Part shown: positions 1 to 7,712 of the stretch, one piece after another
How positions within the stretch are numbered: position 1 is the first letter of the stretch
How the letters are laid out: each line of letters begins with the position of its first letter
NCBI GenBank assembly: GCA_030672285.1
Contig: DAOVGS010000056.1
Coordinates: forward strand, 1 to 48,329
Reading direction: 5' to 3'
Source of the DNA: Hadesarchaea archaeon
GTDB lineage: Archaea; Hadarchaeota; Hadarchaeia; Hadarchaeales; Hadarchaeaceae
Length of the DNA: 48,329 nucleotides
The notes under the pieces: generated by a model
The model's database searches: none
Seen by the model: the letters and a program-made list of their open reading frames with translations, nothing else
What the model was told of the DNA's origin: nothing
Program-made: the position numbers and the translations under genes

Positions 1-180
1 TTCGAAACCACTGAGTATGAGCCAGAAGTTTTTCCCGGACTGGTATTTAGGCTCGATGACCCAAAGGTTGTGGTTCTGCTCTTTGTATCTGGAAAAGGCG
101 TTTGTGCGGGAGCGAAAAGCAAGAAGGATGTCGAGAGGGCCGCCGAGAGGATAACCAAGCTAAGGCTGCCGAGAGGATAA
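1..180 (+). CDS. tbp: TATA-box-binding protein, C-terminal part (5' end outside window)
   Basis: Frame 1 is open from base 1: [54 protein letters not shown]... This fits the second TBP repeat pattern (FPGL.YR...PKV..L.F.SGK.V.TGAK). TAA at 178-180. Confidence 0.8.
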   Translation, partial: FETTEYEPEVFPGLVFRLDDPKVVVLLFVSGKGVCAGAKSKKDVERAAERITKLRLPRG

Positions 181-222
181 TCAAGATACTTCAGCGTTAG
201 TGTTAAATAAAAAACGGTGCTG

Positions 223-810
223 CTAGGGAATACTAGAATAACGCTTCTCTAACTCTATTATCAGTCCCTTCACTATCGGAAATTCCCTAGCGTATGGCTT
301 CAGATCCTTGCAGACCGCCCGCCAGAGTTCGTCCAGTTCGCGCGAACGATTACCTCGCTCCCGATATTTGACCGCCTGCACGAGCATCGAGAGATAATCT
401 GTAGCGTGGACGAGCTTGGCCTCGGGGCTGCGCTTCTCGCTGTACTCCCGCCAAAGCTTTAGGTATCTTTCTTTATTTGGCAGCTTGCCCAAAAGATCCT
501 CAAATGCTCTTTTTTCGAAGCGCTCTTTCGTGCCGGTTGGCCCTAGGTATTTTAATGCCGTGTAAGGAAAGTCGCCGATCGATGCCTCAGCCCAATCGTG
601 CACGACCGCCATGCTGAGCGCTCGCTCCCGGTCGAATTTCTTGCCCCCGCGCTGAAGTTCATCAGTGAGTACCAAAGTAATCGCCACGACATCGAACGTG
701 TGCTGCGCCACATCCTCAACCTCGCTGAGGGGGACATTGCAGAGCAACCAGCCCGTGCGGGGGATGCGCTTGAGGCTGTTGAGCTGCTCTAAGAATTCAT
801 TTAACTTCAA
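223..810 (-). CDS. HD-domain phosphohydrolase (YfbR-like)
   Basis: 195 aa ORF. It has His (HTFDV) and HD (VVHDWAEA) metal-ligand motifs in HD-superfamily spacing. Confidence 0.7.
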   Translation of the reverse strand: MKLNEFLEQLNSLKRIPRTGWLLCNVPLSEVEDVAQHTFDVVAITLVLTDELQRGGKKFDRERALSMAVVHDWAEASIGDFPYTALKYLGPTGTKERFEKRAFEDLLGKLPNKERYLKLWREYSEKRSPEAKLVHATDYLSMLVQAVKYRERGNRSRELDELWRAVCKDLKPYAREFPIVKGLIIELEKRYSSIP

Positions 811-837
811 ACGACCACAATCTTAGCTTGCTTTCCA

Positions 838-2025
838 TCAAATACTCTCAAGGATGTCGTCCCGCCACCTAAATTTAAGCCTTTTTCTTCCCTTCCATAG
901 TCCTCTCTGCAGCACATATCCAACAATTAGGGGGAGGGATACTGTCGGTTCAACAAACGCCATGGCTTTGGTTGCTTTTTTTGATACTTTCCCCCAAGAT
1001 TTTGCTTCCTCTAAAGTGCTTCCGCTCAACCCTCCCCAGTGGGGGGCATCGGTGGTGACCTGAAAAACATAAGAGTGTCCGCCCGTGTTTCTCCCGAAAA
1101 CATAACCCGTAACTACTGAATCGTTAATGAAATTCTTAGGCACCCCGCCAGCAACGTAAATCCCTGCAGTTTTCTTAGATTTTACAACTATCTGGGTCAA
1201 TTCGTAGTTATCTCGGATAGCGTCTATTACTACCCTGCCTTCATTTTTCAAGGCTTTGCGGCGGTAGTGTTCAGTCAGGCCAATGCCGATGCTGCTGTCA
1301 TTTATCGCTGGGCAAAAAACAGGGACCCTATGTTTTCTAGCGGTGACTAAAATCGAGTTTTCATCGTCTAACTCTCTACTTAGAAGGTAAAGAAATTCTC
1401 GAGTAGAATAAGTCCTGGAGTCTAATCTGTCGGCAAACCGAGCGATCCACTCGTCCGTATCGGCAAATTTTTCGTCATCGACATAGGTGTCATAGATGCG
1501 GTTGATGAGCAAATCATGAAAAAGCGCGTCATCGACATCTGGCGACCCAATGTAGTGCTTGTATCCTCGTGCTTGAAAGATGTCCTGATACAGTATTGCA
1601 CCGGTCGAAACAACTACATCCACGATACCGAATTCTATCATGTCGCGGATGACCTTTCGCAGGCCCCCTGCAATCAGAGGCGCAGCTAGGCCAAGGAATA
1701 TAGTGGGGCGATCTTTGTCCCTTAACATGTTTTCATAAACTTTTGCGCATAACCCGATATTCCGCGCCTGAATCGACATATTCCCATATGCCGCCACAAG
1801 ATCGGCAACGGATTTCGCTTTTGTTAGATCTGCCGCCCTTACTTCTTTGGACAAAATTTTTTCTTTCATTTTTCTCTCTTTTTTAGTTAGCCCTGGGCCG
1901 ATGTATAATCTTTTGAAATCACTATCTTCTGGCGGGGCATACATACGTCTTTTTGATTTCTTCATAAATTCCAGCCTATTGAAGTAGTTTTTGTTCTGTT
2001 GTATTAAATCTAACCCAAATTCCAA
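838..2025 (-). CDS. dys: deoxyhypusine synthase
   Basis: 395 aa. Contains the family-typical blocks LAAPLIAGGLR, VVSTGAILYQD, NDSSIGIGL, AGGVPKNFINDS and TDAPHWGGLSG. The N-terminal roughly 30 aa may be over-extended (internal Met at 1965 and 1941). Confidence 0.85.
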   Translation of the reverse strand: MEFGLDLIQQNKNYFNRLEFMKKSKRRMYAPPEDSDFKRLYIGPGLTKKERKMKEKILSKEVRAADLTKAKSVADLVAAYGNMSIQARNIGLCAKVYENMLRDKDRPTIFLGLAAPLIAGGLRKVIRDMIEFGIVDVVVSTGAILYQDIFQARGYKHYIGSPDVDDALFHDLLINRIYDTYVDDEKFADTDEWIARFADRLDSRTYSTREFLYLLSRELDDENSILVTARKHRVPVFCPAINDSSIGIGLTEHYRRKALKNEGRVVIDAIRDNYELTQIVVKSKKTAGIYVAGGVPKNFINDSVVTGYVFGRNTGGHSYVFQVTTDAPHWGGLSGSTLEEAKSWGKVSKKATKAMAFVEPTVSLPLIVGYVLQRGLWKGRKRLKFRWRDDILESI

Positions 2026-2051
2026 TTTTTGAATCTAAATTTAGCAAAAAA

Positions 2052-2810
2052 TTATAAGATTTTTTTAGCGATATCTCTCACGTTGCGGGCAAATTTTGTT
2101 CCCAACAGCTTTTTAGGGTTACTAAAACATTCCTCGAGATTATAATCGAAAAGTATGGGGCCAAGATATTTGATGCCAAACTTTTTAGCGTGCTCTTCAA
2201 CGAGTTTCGTTTCAGTAATGCGCATGTTTTCGACTACCCCCAAGATTGGAGCTCTCACCTCCAGAAGCAATCTCGTGAGCCTTGATACGGTTTTCAATGC
2301 TAGGCTGGAAGGTGTGGTTACAATGAGGAACTCACTCCTTTCCATCAAACGAATGACGTCCAGAACTTCTTCGCCCATCCCTGGGGGAGCATCCACGATC
2401 AAGTAATCAACCCGGCCCCACTTGGTTATCGCCAACAACTCCGTGAAGGCATCGGAGATCTCCGTACCCCTCAATGGCAGAGGTTCATCACCGACGTAGT
2501 AAACCACGGACATGAACTTTATTCCATGAACTTCAGGCGGAATTATGCCCTTCTCCTCCGTTGGCATTGCACCTTTTGTACCCAGGATGATGTGGCACGA
2601 GGGTCCATGAAAATCTAAGTCTAATAAACCCACGCTGCGGCCGCGTTTTGTGAGAATGAGGGAGAGTGTTGTAGCTATTAGGCTCTTACCAACTCCACCT
2701 TTTCCACTGACTACTACGAAAATTCTTTTGACATCTTTTAACCTTTCGTCAATTATCGCCAAGCGCGGGTCCGGCGCCCTCACTTTGAAATTTTTATGTA
2801 CTCGACCCAT
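2052..2810 (-). CDS. Mrp/MinD-family P-loop ATPase, probable Mrp/MinD-type HypB (nickel delivery)
   Basis: Deviant Walker A VVSGKGGVGKS and Mrp/NBP35-like length. Lies immediately downstream of hypA and overlaps it. An alternative GTG start at 2783 forms a GTGA start/stop overlap with the hypA stop. Confidence 0.75.
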   Translation of the reverse strand: MGRVHKNFKVRAPDPRLAIIDERLKDVKRIFVVVSGKGGVGKSLIATTLSLILTKRGRSVGLLDLDFHGPSCHIILGTKGAMPTEEKGIIPPEVHGIKFMSVVYYVGDEPLPLRGTEISDAFTELLAITKWGRVDYLIVDAPPGMGEEVLDVIRLMERSEFLIVTTPSSLALKTVSRLTRLLLEVRAPILGVVENMRITETKLVEEHAKKFGIKYLGPILFDYNLEECFSNPKKLLGTKFARNVRDIAKKIL

Positions 2811-3187
2811 ATCCCTCTTCCCCCCACAACCTCAAAATCTGGGCTGCCACACCGTGGACAGCGGATGAATGCATGGACCAAATCGGGGATAAAATGTATA
2901 GCCTCAGACTTCTCCCTTCCAAGCGCGCTCGTTGCGTTGCTAAAATTCCATCTAACCCCGCAAACCCTGCATTTGAAATAGACCTCTTCTGGCTTTAGTT
3001 TAATCTCAGTTTTTTCTAGCGGAGTGTTCTTGACAAGTTCCCTAAAAGCAAAAGTAAGCACGTCAACCTCGATTTGTTGTAGGGTGCCTATTTTTATTTC
3101 TGCTTTGATAATTTTCTTGGCACCCTTTTCCTTCGCCACATTGAGTATTGTGGAAATCACCGCTTCAGCTAGCGCCCATTCGTGCAC
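2780..3187 (-). CDS. hypA: hydrogenase nickel-incorporation protein HypA
   Basis: Taking the GTG at 3187, the protein starts (M)HEWALAEAV. This is the canonical HypA N-terminal MHE nickel site. Zinc motifs CRVCG and CPRCG are present. Confidence 0.85.
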   Translation of the reverse strand: MHEWALAEAVISTILNVAKEKGAKKIIKAEIKIGTLQQIEVDVLTFAFRELVKNTPLEKTEIKLKPEEVYFKCRVCGVRWNFSNATSALGREKSEAIHFIPDLVHAFIRCPRCGSPDFEVVGGRGIWVEYIKISK

Positions 3188-3347
3188 GAAGATCCCCGTT
3201 TTTCTATAAGAACTTGAACTTTTAAGCAAGTGGTTTTTTCGGTGAGTTTCAAGTCACTTCACAAGATACCTTTTTGCAATGCCAAAATCTGCTAATCATT
3301 AAATTCGCCAAAGTGCAGTGCGCGTTGTAGTATGATTTTTCCACGCC

Positions 3348-3758
3348 CTATCGCTCGATTGTGACTAACTTCGCTTGCTTGACCCCTCGCAGCGCCCCCA
3401 GCCGATCGACGAGCTTGCGGATTTCCGCGGCTGGCCCCCTGACTACCGATGTCTCCAGACAGTTCTTGGCGTCTAGGTGCACATGCTGAACCGTGCTCAT
3501 AATCCCCCGGCTGGAGTGCTGAATATCTATCAGGGCATCGGTCAATCCTCGGACATCATGTTCATACACAAGCACCATTACACCGATAAGTTCGCCCTTG
3601 AGCTCCTGGCGCCACTTGTAGCTCGCCAAAAAATCTCGCACAGCATCACGGACCGCCTCCGAACGGCTTGTATAACCCTGGGCCTTGAGCGAGCGGTCGA
3701 GTTTGTTCAGTAAATCTTCAGGCAACGTTAAACTTACACGCGTGATTTTTTGTGCCAT
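3348..3758 (-). CDS. nikR: nickel-responsive transcriptional regulator NikR
   Basis: Ribbon-helix-helix N-terminus (RVSLTLPEDLLNKLDRSLKAQGYTSRSEAVRDAVRDFL) plus a C-terminal metal-binding domain (QHSSRG..., HVHLD...C). Start taken at the second Met (MAQKITR). Confidence 0.85.
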   Translation of the reverse strand: MAQKITRVSLTLPEDLLNKLDRSLKAQGYTSRSEAVRDAVRDFLASYKWRQELKGELIGVMVLVYEHDVRGLTDALIDIQHSSRGIMSTVQHVHLDAKNCLETSVVRGPAAEIRKLVDRLGALRGVKQAKLVTIER

Positions 3759-3813
3759 GCTGCTCCCAGCAAACCTTATCATCAGACATTTTCAAGCTTT
3801 CCGTGTTGGATAA

Positions 3814-3841
3814 GTAATATTTTTAAGGTAAAAAGTATTAT
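3814..3841. promoter_or_regulatory. AT-rich inverted half-sites GTAATA-N16-TATTAT in the nikR / membrane-ORF divergent intergenic region (candidate NikR operator)
   Basis: Read directly: GTAATAtttttaaggtaaaaagTATTAT. The half-sites are 5/6 complementary and 16 nt apart, the same spacing as the E. coli NikR operator. Confidence 0.3.
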
Positions 3842-3864
3842 TAAGCGCTGGGAGGTGCAGAAAA

Positions 3865-4185
3865 GTGGTTTGTTACACTATACCCTTGGTGGCAGCCATA
3901 ATTTCATCGGTCGTATGGGGTTCCCAGAGAAGGGGTCCCGCAGGGTGGTGGCTTAACCTGTTGCTCTACGGGGGCGCATTGTTCGGACTAGTGGACCACC
4001 TCTGGAACGGCGAGCTATTCCTCCTCGGAGAAGCGCCACTCATGGACTTACTTCTGGGGGCCACAATTACTGCTGTGATCTTCGGTGGCTGGGGAATAAC
4101 GCTCGGCATAGTTAGGATGTACCCTGAGTTAGGTCGCCGCATGGGCTATCGCCTAGGGATTCTAAAAGCGAGCGAGAAGCGCTGA
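3865..4185 (+). CDS. small membrane protein, unknown function
   Basis: 106 aa with three hydrophobic segments. GTG start preceded by GGGAGGTG with a 7 nt spacer. Confidence 0.5.
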   Translation: MVCYTIPLVAAIISSVVWGSQRRGPAGWWLNLLLYGGALFGLVDHLWNGELFLLGEAPLMDLLLGATITAVIFGGWGITLGIVRMYPELGRRMGYRLGILKASEKR

Positions 4186-4266
4186 CTTTACGAGGGATAG
4201 ACCTCGGCTATATCATGGGCGGAAAGGCATTTAATTAGAGGATTCTATCTTAATCTGGTGAGGTGA

Positions 4267-4533
4267 ATGGAAGAAGCACCTGTGGAGAAGAAGCTCGTGG
4301 GAAAGATATCTCACTACTTCACCAATATAGGAGTGGGGGTCATCGAGCTTTCCGATGAGCTCAAAGTAGGCGATCGCATCTCAATCGAGGGCGCGACGAC
4401 CAACCTGCAGCAAACGATTAACTCGATGGAAATCGAGCACGAGAACGTTCAGAGCGCAAGCGCGGGGCAGTCGATCGGGCTCAAGGTCGAACAGCGTGTG
4501 CGTGAGGGCGACCTCGTCTACAAGTTGGGTTAG
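4267..4533 (+). CDS. translation-factor domain II-like beta-barrel protein
   Basis: 88 aa. The pattern VGKISHYF..IGVGVIEL...LKVGD.I.I......Q.I.SMEIEH..V..A..G..IGLKV resembles EF-Tu domain 2-like small archaeal proteins. SD GGTGAGGTGA lies upstream. Confidence 0.55.
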   Translation: MEEAPVEKKLVGKISHYFTNIGVGVIELSDELKVGDRISIEGATTNLQQTINSMEIEHENVQSASAGQSIGLKVEQRVREGDLVYKLG

Positions 4534-4601
4534 ACCGCTCCGAAGGTTAACCGCTCTGCCGATGTAACTTGCATCTTTTGCCCTAACTTGTAGCGGCAGA
4601 T

Positions 4602-5351
4602 TCAATGAGTTAGCCAACCGCCGTCCACAAAGAGTATTACACCATTCACGAAGTCCGACTCATCCGATGCCAAGAAAACCGCGGCCGCCGCGATGTCAGC
4701 TGGCTGACCAACCCTGCCGTATGGAATCATCCCAAGTAACACTTTTTTCATTTCGGGATCCTGTAAAAAGGATTTAGTCATGACAGTTTCGATAACTCCC
4801 GGTCCAATTGCGTTAACGTTTATCTTCTTTGGAGAAAGCTCTAATGCCAACTCTCGGGTTAAATTAATGATCCCGCCCTTTGATGCACAGTACGCCGAGG
4901 AGTTTGCAAACCCGACTTGGCCAGCAACCGAAGCGATGTTTATGATCTTGCCCTTTCCCTGTTTGAGCATCTCAGGTACCGCACGTTTTGTACAGAGGAA
5001 CACACCTTTGAGGTTGATGTCTAACACTCGATCCCACTCGTCCTCCGTCATATCTACAATAGGTTTCATAACCATGACACCAGCATTATTTACTAAAATG
5101 TCAAGTTTGCCCAATTTTTCGATAGTTGTTTTTACCATTTGATCGACGTCGTCAGAGCATGAAACATCGACTTTTAATGCTAGAGCCCTTCGGCCAAGTT
5201 TTTCAATTTCTTTTACGACCTCCTTTGCGCCATCCAAATTGATGTCGGCGACTACAACATCGACGCCTTCTTTGGCAAAACGCAGGGCAATGCCGCGACC
5301 TATACCAGAAGCTGCACCCGTTACAATTGCTATCTTGCCCTCCAACTTCAC
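4602..5351 (-). CDS. short-chain dehydrogenase/reductase (FabG-like)
   Basis: TGAASGIGRG cofactor motif, NNAG, and S...YCASK catalytic motif. Confidence 0.85.
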   Translation of the reverse strand: MKLEGKIAIVTGAASGIGRGIALRFAKEGVDVVVADINLDGAKEVVKEIEKLGRRALALKVDVSCSDDVDQMVKTTIEKLGKLDILVNNAGVMVMKPIVDMTEDEWDRVLDINLKGVFLCTKRAVPEMLKQGKGKIINIASVAGQVGFANSSAYCASKGGIINLTRELALELSPKKINVNAIGPGVIETVMTKSFLQDPEMKKVLLGMIPYGRVGQPADIAAAAVFLASDESDFVNGVILFVDGGWLTH

Positions 5352-5525
5352 CCGCTCACCTCATTTTCAACCCTCGCCTTTTTTATTAGGTGCATATAAG
5401 GATTTCGCCGCAGTACTTGAAGGAGCATGCGATCCACAAGCACCGCAGCCCGTGCACCTTTCGACTCAGCTTCCAAAGCCTTAGCGAGCGCATTAGGATT
5501 GTCTGTGGGTCATCAACGAGAGGTG

Positions 5526-5870
5526 TTATTTGCCGGCTCCGAATTCGTCCAACGCTTTCTTAACCTCTGTCACATAGGTTAAAGCTGGATCTCCACCCAT
5601 CAAGATAGCTACCGTGGCTGCTTCCAATATCTCTTCCCTAGTAGCACCAGCCGCGAGCGATTTTTTGACGTGTATGGCGATGCAGTACTTGCACCTCGCG
5701 GTTATCGCAGTTCCTAAAGCAATTAACTCCTTAGTTTTGGTGTCTAGAACCTTTTTTTCAAGCACTGAATCCATGAAGGCTCTGAAGTGGTGCATCGTTT
5801 CTCTACTTTCTTTCGAGAGAACCCCCATCGTTTCTTGAAAATCCGCTATAGATTTTTCCATCTCACCCAT
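5526..5870 (-). CDS. carboxymuconolactone decarboxylase / AhpD-like family protein
   Basis: CKYCIAIH CxxC motif in an all-helical protein of about 115 aa. The ATG at 5870 is preceded by GAGGTGAT. Confidence 0.7.
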   Translation of the reverse strand: MGEMEKSIADFQETMGVLSKESRETMHHFRAFMDSVLEKKVLDTKTKELIALGTAITARCKYCIAIHVKKSLAAGATREEILEAATVAILMGGDPALTYVTEVKKALDEFGAGK

Positions 5871-5970
5871 CAAATCACCTCGGCATTTTTGTATCAATAC
5901 GGTTTTATCAGCGTTCTATAAGCATTTCGCTGCCCAAGACGTCGAACCCAAGCCTTGTTCATTAAAATCC

Positions 5971-6918
5971 TTAAATTTCCTCGCCCGGCCTCCACTCGAA
6001 GAGCTCCTGGATCACCGTGTAAGCCGCTGAGGGTGGGATTATGCCCCGCTCGGTTATGATGAGGTCGATATAATCGGGTGGCGTGACATCGAAGACTGGG
6101 TTACGAATTTTCACGCCCGGGAAGCGCTTGGGGTTGATGATCTCCTTCGGCGAGCGCTCCTCGATCTCGACCAACCTCCCCACGAGCGTCCCGGTGTGGA
6201 ATTTGTAGCTCTCTGCGGCGACGAAGAATAACACTCGAGCCTCGTGAGCGATGAGGGCAATCTGCGAGGTCCCTATCTTGTTGATCACCGCTCCATTTGC
6301 CGCGATGCTGTCTGCGCCAACGATGACTTTGTCAATGTCTCGGATGAAATAACGCACAGCCGAGTCAACGATAAGGGTGGTGGGAATGCCAGCTTTTTTC
6401 AGCTCTCGTACACTTATCAAACCCTGTCGGCTCGGGCGGGACTCGGTGACGAATGCTTGGACGCGCTTGCCCTGCTCAAAAGCCGTCTTGATCACCGCGA
6501 GCGCGCAGTCGCTGTTGCAGTGGGTAAGCACTATATCGCCGTCTGAGATGCGACGCGCGCCGATTTCACCTATTCGCTCGACAGCTCCCCTTGAATCGCG
6601 AATAAACTCGTCCGCACGAGAAATGATCCCCCTCCGAAGCGTCTGCAGATCGACCCCCCTTGCTCGCTTCGCACCCAGCGTGACGTAGCGGACCGCGTTT
6701 GGAAGCGAGACCGCGGTCGGGCGGGTAGTCAGCAAAAGTTTTGAAACGTGATCGAGCTCCCTCGTGAACCCAGCTGGCGTCTTGGCTCGGGTCGCCTTTG
6801 CAGTGAGTTTTAAGGCTCGAGCCGCAGCGCGAGCGATCCTGCCGGCACCTCGTATGCGCATCGTTTGGATATCCCACGCGATTTGCTTGACCTCAGCGCG
6901 TGCCATGGGTTCCCTCAA
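5971..6918 (-). CDS. eIF-2B alpha/beta/delta-family protein, ribose-1,5-bisphosphate isomerase-like
   Basis: 315 aa. The blocks MRIRGAGRIARAAA, TRPTAVSLPNAVRY, THCNS, VTESRP..QG, GADSIAANGAVINKIGT and NPVFDVTPPDYIDLIITERGIIPP match the archaeal R15P isomerase (e2b2) pattern as I recall it. Confidence 0.7.
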   Translation of the reverse strand: MREPMARAEVKQIAWDIQTMRIRGAGRIARAAARALKLTAKATRAKTPAGFTRELDHVSKLLLTTRPTAVSLPNAVRYVTLGAKRARGVDLQTLRRGIISRADEFIRDSRGAVERIGEIGARRISDGDIVLTHCNSDCALAVIKTAFEQGKRVQAFVTESRPSRQGLISVRELKKAGIPTTLIVDSAVRYFIRDIDKVIVGADSIAANGAVINKIGTSQIALIAHEARVLFFVAAESYKFHTGTLVGRLVEIEERSPKEIINPKRFPGVKIRNPVFDVTPPDYIDLIITERGIIPPSAAYTVIQELFEWRPGEEI

Positions 6919-6956
6919 TTCCTATGCTTGTACTCAAACTTAAACCAATCGGGATT

Positions 6957-7187
6957 TCACTTGGGAAGGCGGCGCCGAAGCTCATTCAGGAAGATCTGCC
7001 CATCTGTTTTGCGTGTGGTGTCAGCTTCAGCTGAAATCGCCTGCCTGAGCCCCTCAATGAATACTTCAATACCTGCACTCTCACCAAGCGTTCGCTCAAT
7101 CAAGCTCCGGAGCTCCTGTGGATAAGCAAGGTATGGCATAACCGATGAAAATGAATCTCGAACGAGTTTTGCCTCGGCTTCCCGCAT
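6957..7187 (-). CDS. hypothetical small protein
   Basis: 76 aa ORF packed between the Lrp gene and the isomerase gene on the same strand. No motif recognised. Confidence 0.35.
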   Translation of the reverse strand: MREAEAKLVRDSFSSVMPYLAYPQELRSLIERTLGESAGIEVFIEGLRQAISAEADTTRKTDGQIFLNELRRRLPK

Positions 7188-7195
7188 CTCAGCAC

Positions 7196-7636
7196 CTAGA
7201 GGTTCAAGAGGTTCTCCTTGATAGTTTCCATTGCCACGATCGTTCGAACGCTCTTCACCGAGTCGAATGACTGGATGCGGTCGTCAACGAAATTCTTTAA
7301 GCTTTCCACGTCGCGGGCACGTACCTTCAGCATTAATCCATGGCCCCCCGTCGTGTGATGGAGCTCGCATACCTGGTGGCAGCGTGACAGAGAACGAACG
7401 AGCTCGCGCATGCTCCTACTATCGACGTCGATGCTGACGAAAGCCATCACCCCGTAGCCGAATTTTTGAGGGTCTATCAACGCTGAGTATTGTTTAATCA
7501 AGCCGAAGCGCTCGAGCTGCTTGACCCGTCGCCTCACCCCAGAGGTGCTGAGGCCGACCTCGCGCCCCATCTTGTGCAGCGAAACGTGTGCATCGTCGCT
7601 TAGCATCTTCAAAAGTTTCATGTCGACGCTATCCAC
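7196..7636 (-). CDS. Lrp/AsnC-family transcriptional regulator
   Basis: N-terminal HTH (D.KLLKMLSDDAHVSLHKMGREVGLSTSGVRRRVKQLERFGLIK) plus a C-terminal RAM domain. Confidence 0.85.
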   Translation of the reverse strand: MDSVDMKLLKMLSDDAHVSLHKMGREVGLSTSGVRRRVKQLERFGLIKQYSALIDPQKFGYGVMAFVSIDVDSRSMRELVRSLSRCHQVCELHHTTGGHGLMLKVRARDVESLKNFVDDRIQSFDSVKSVRTIVAMETIKENLLNL

Positions 7637-7712
7637 GCTTCATCCCCCCGGTCAAGCCTTGAATTAGTTGTGCGCTTTGGTTATTTAATTTTTGTGGGGA
7701 CATTTTTGTGTA

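Noticed and set aside
3330-3335. E. coli-type NikR half-site GTATGA downstream of nikR / upstream of hypA
   Set aside because: No TCATAC partner at N16 or any nearby spacing; a single hexamer is expected by chance.
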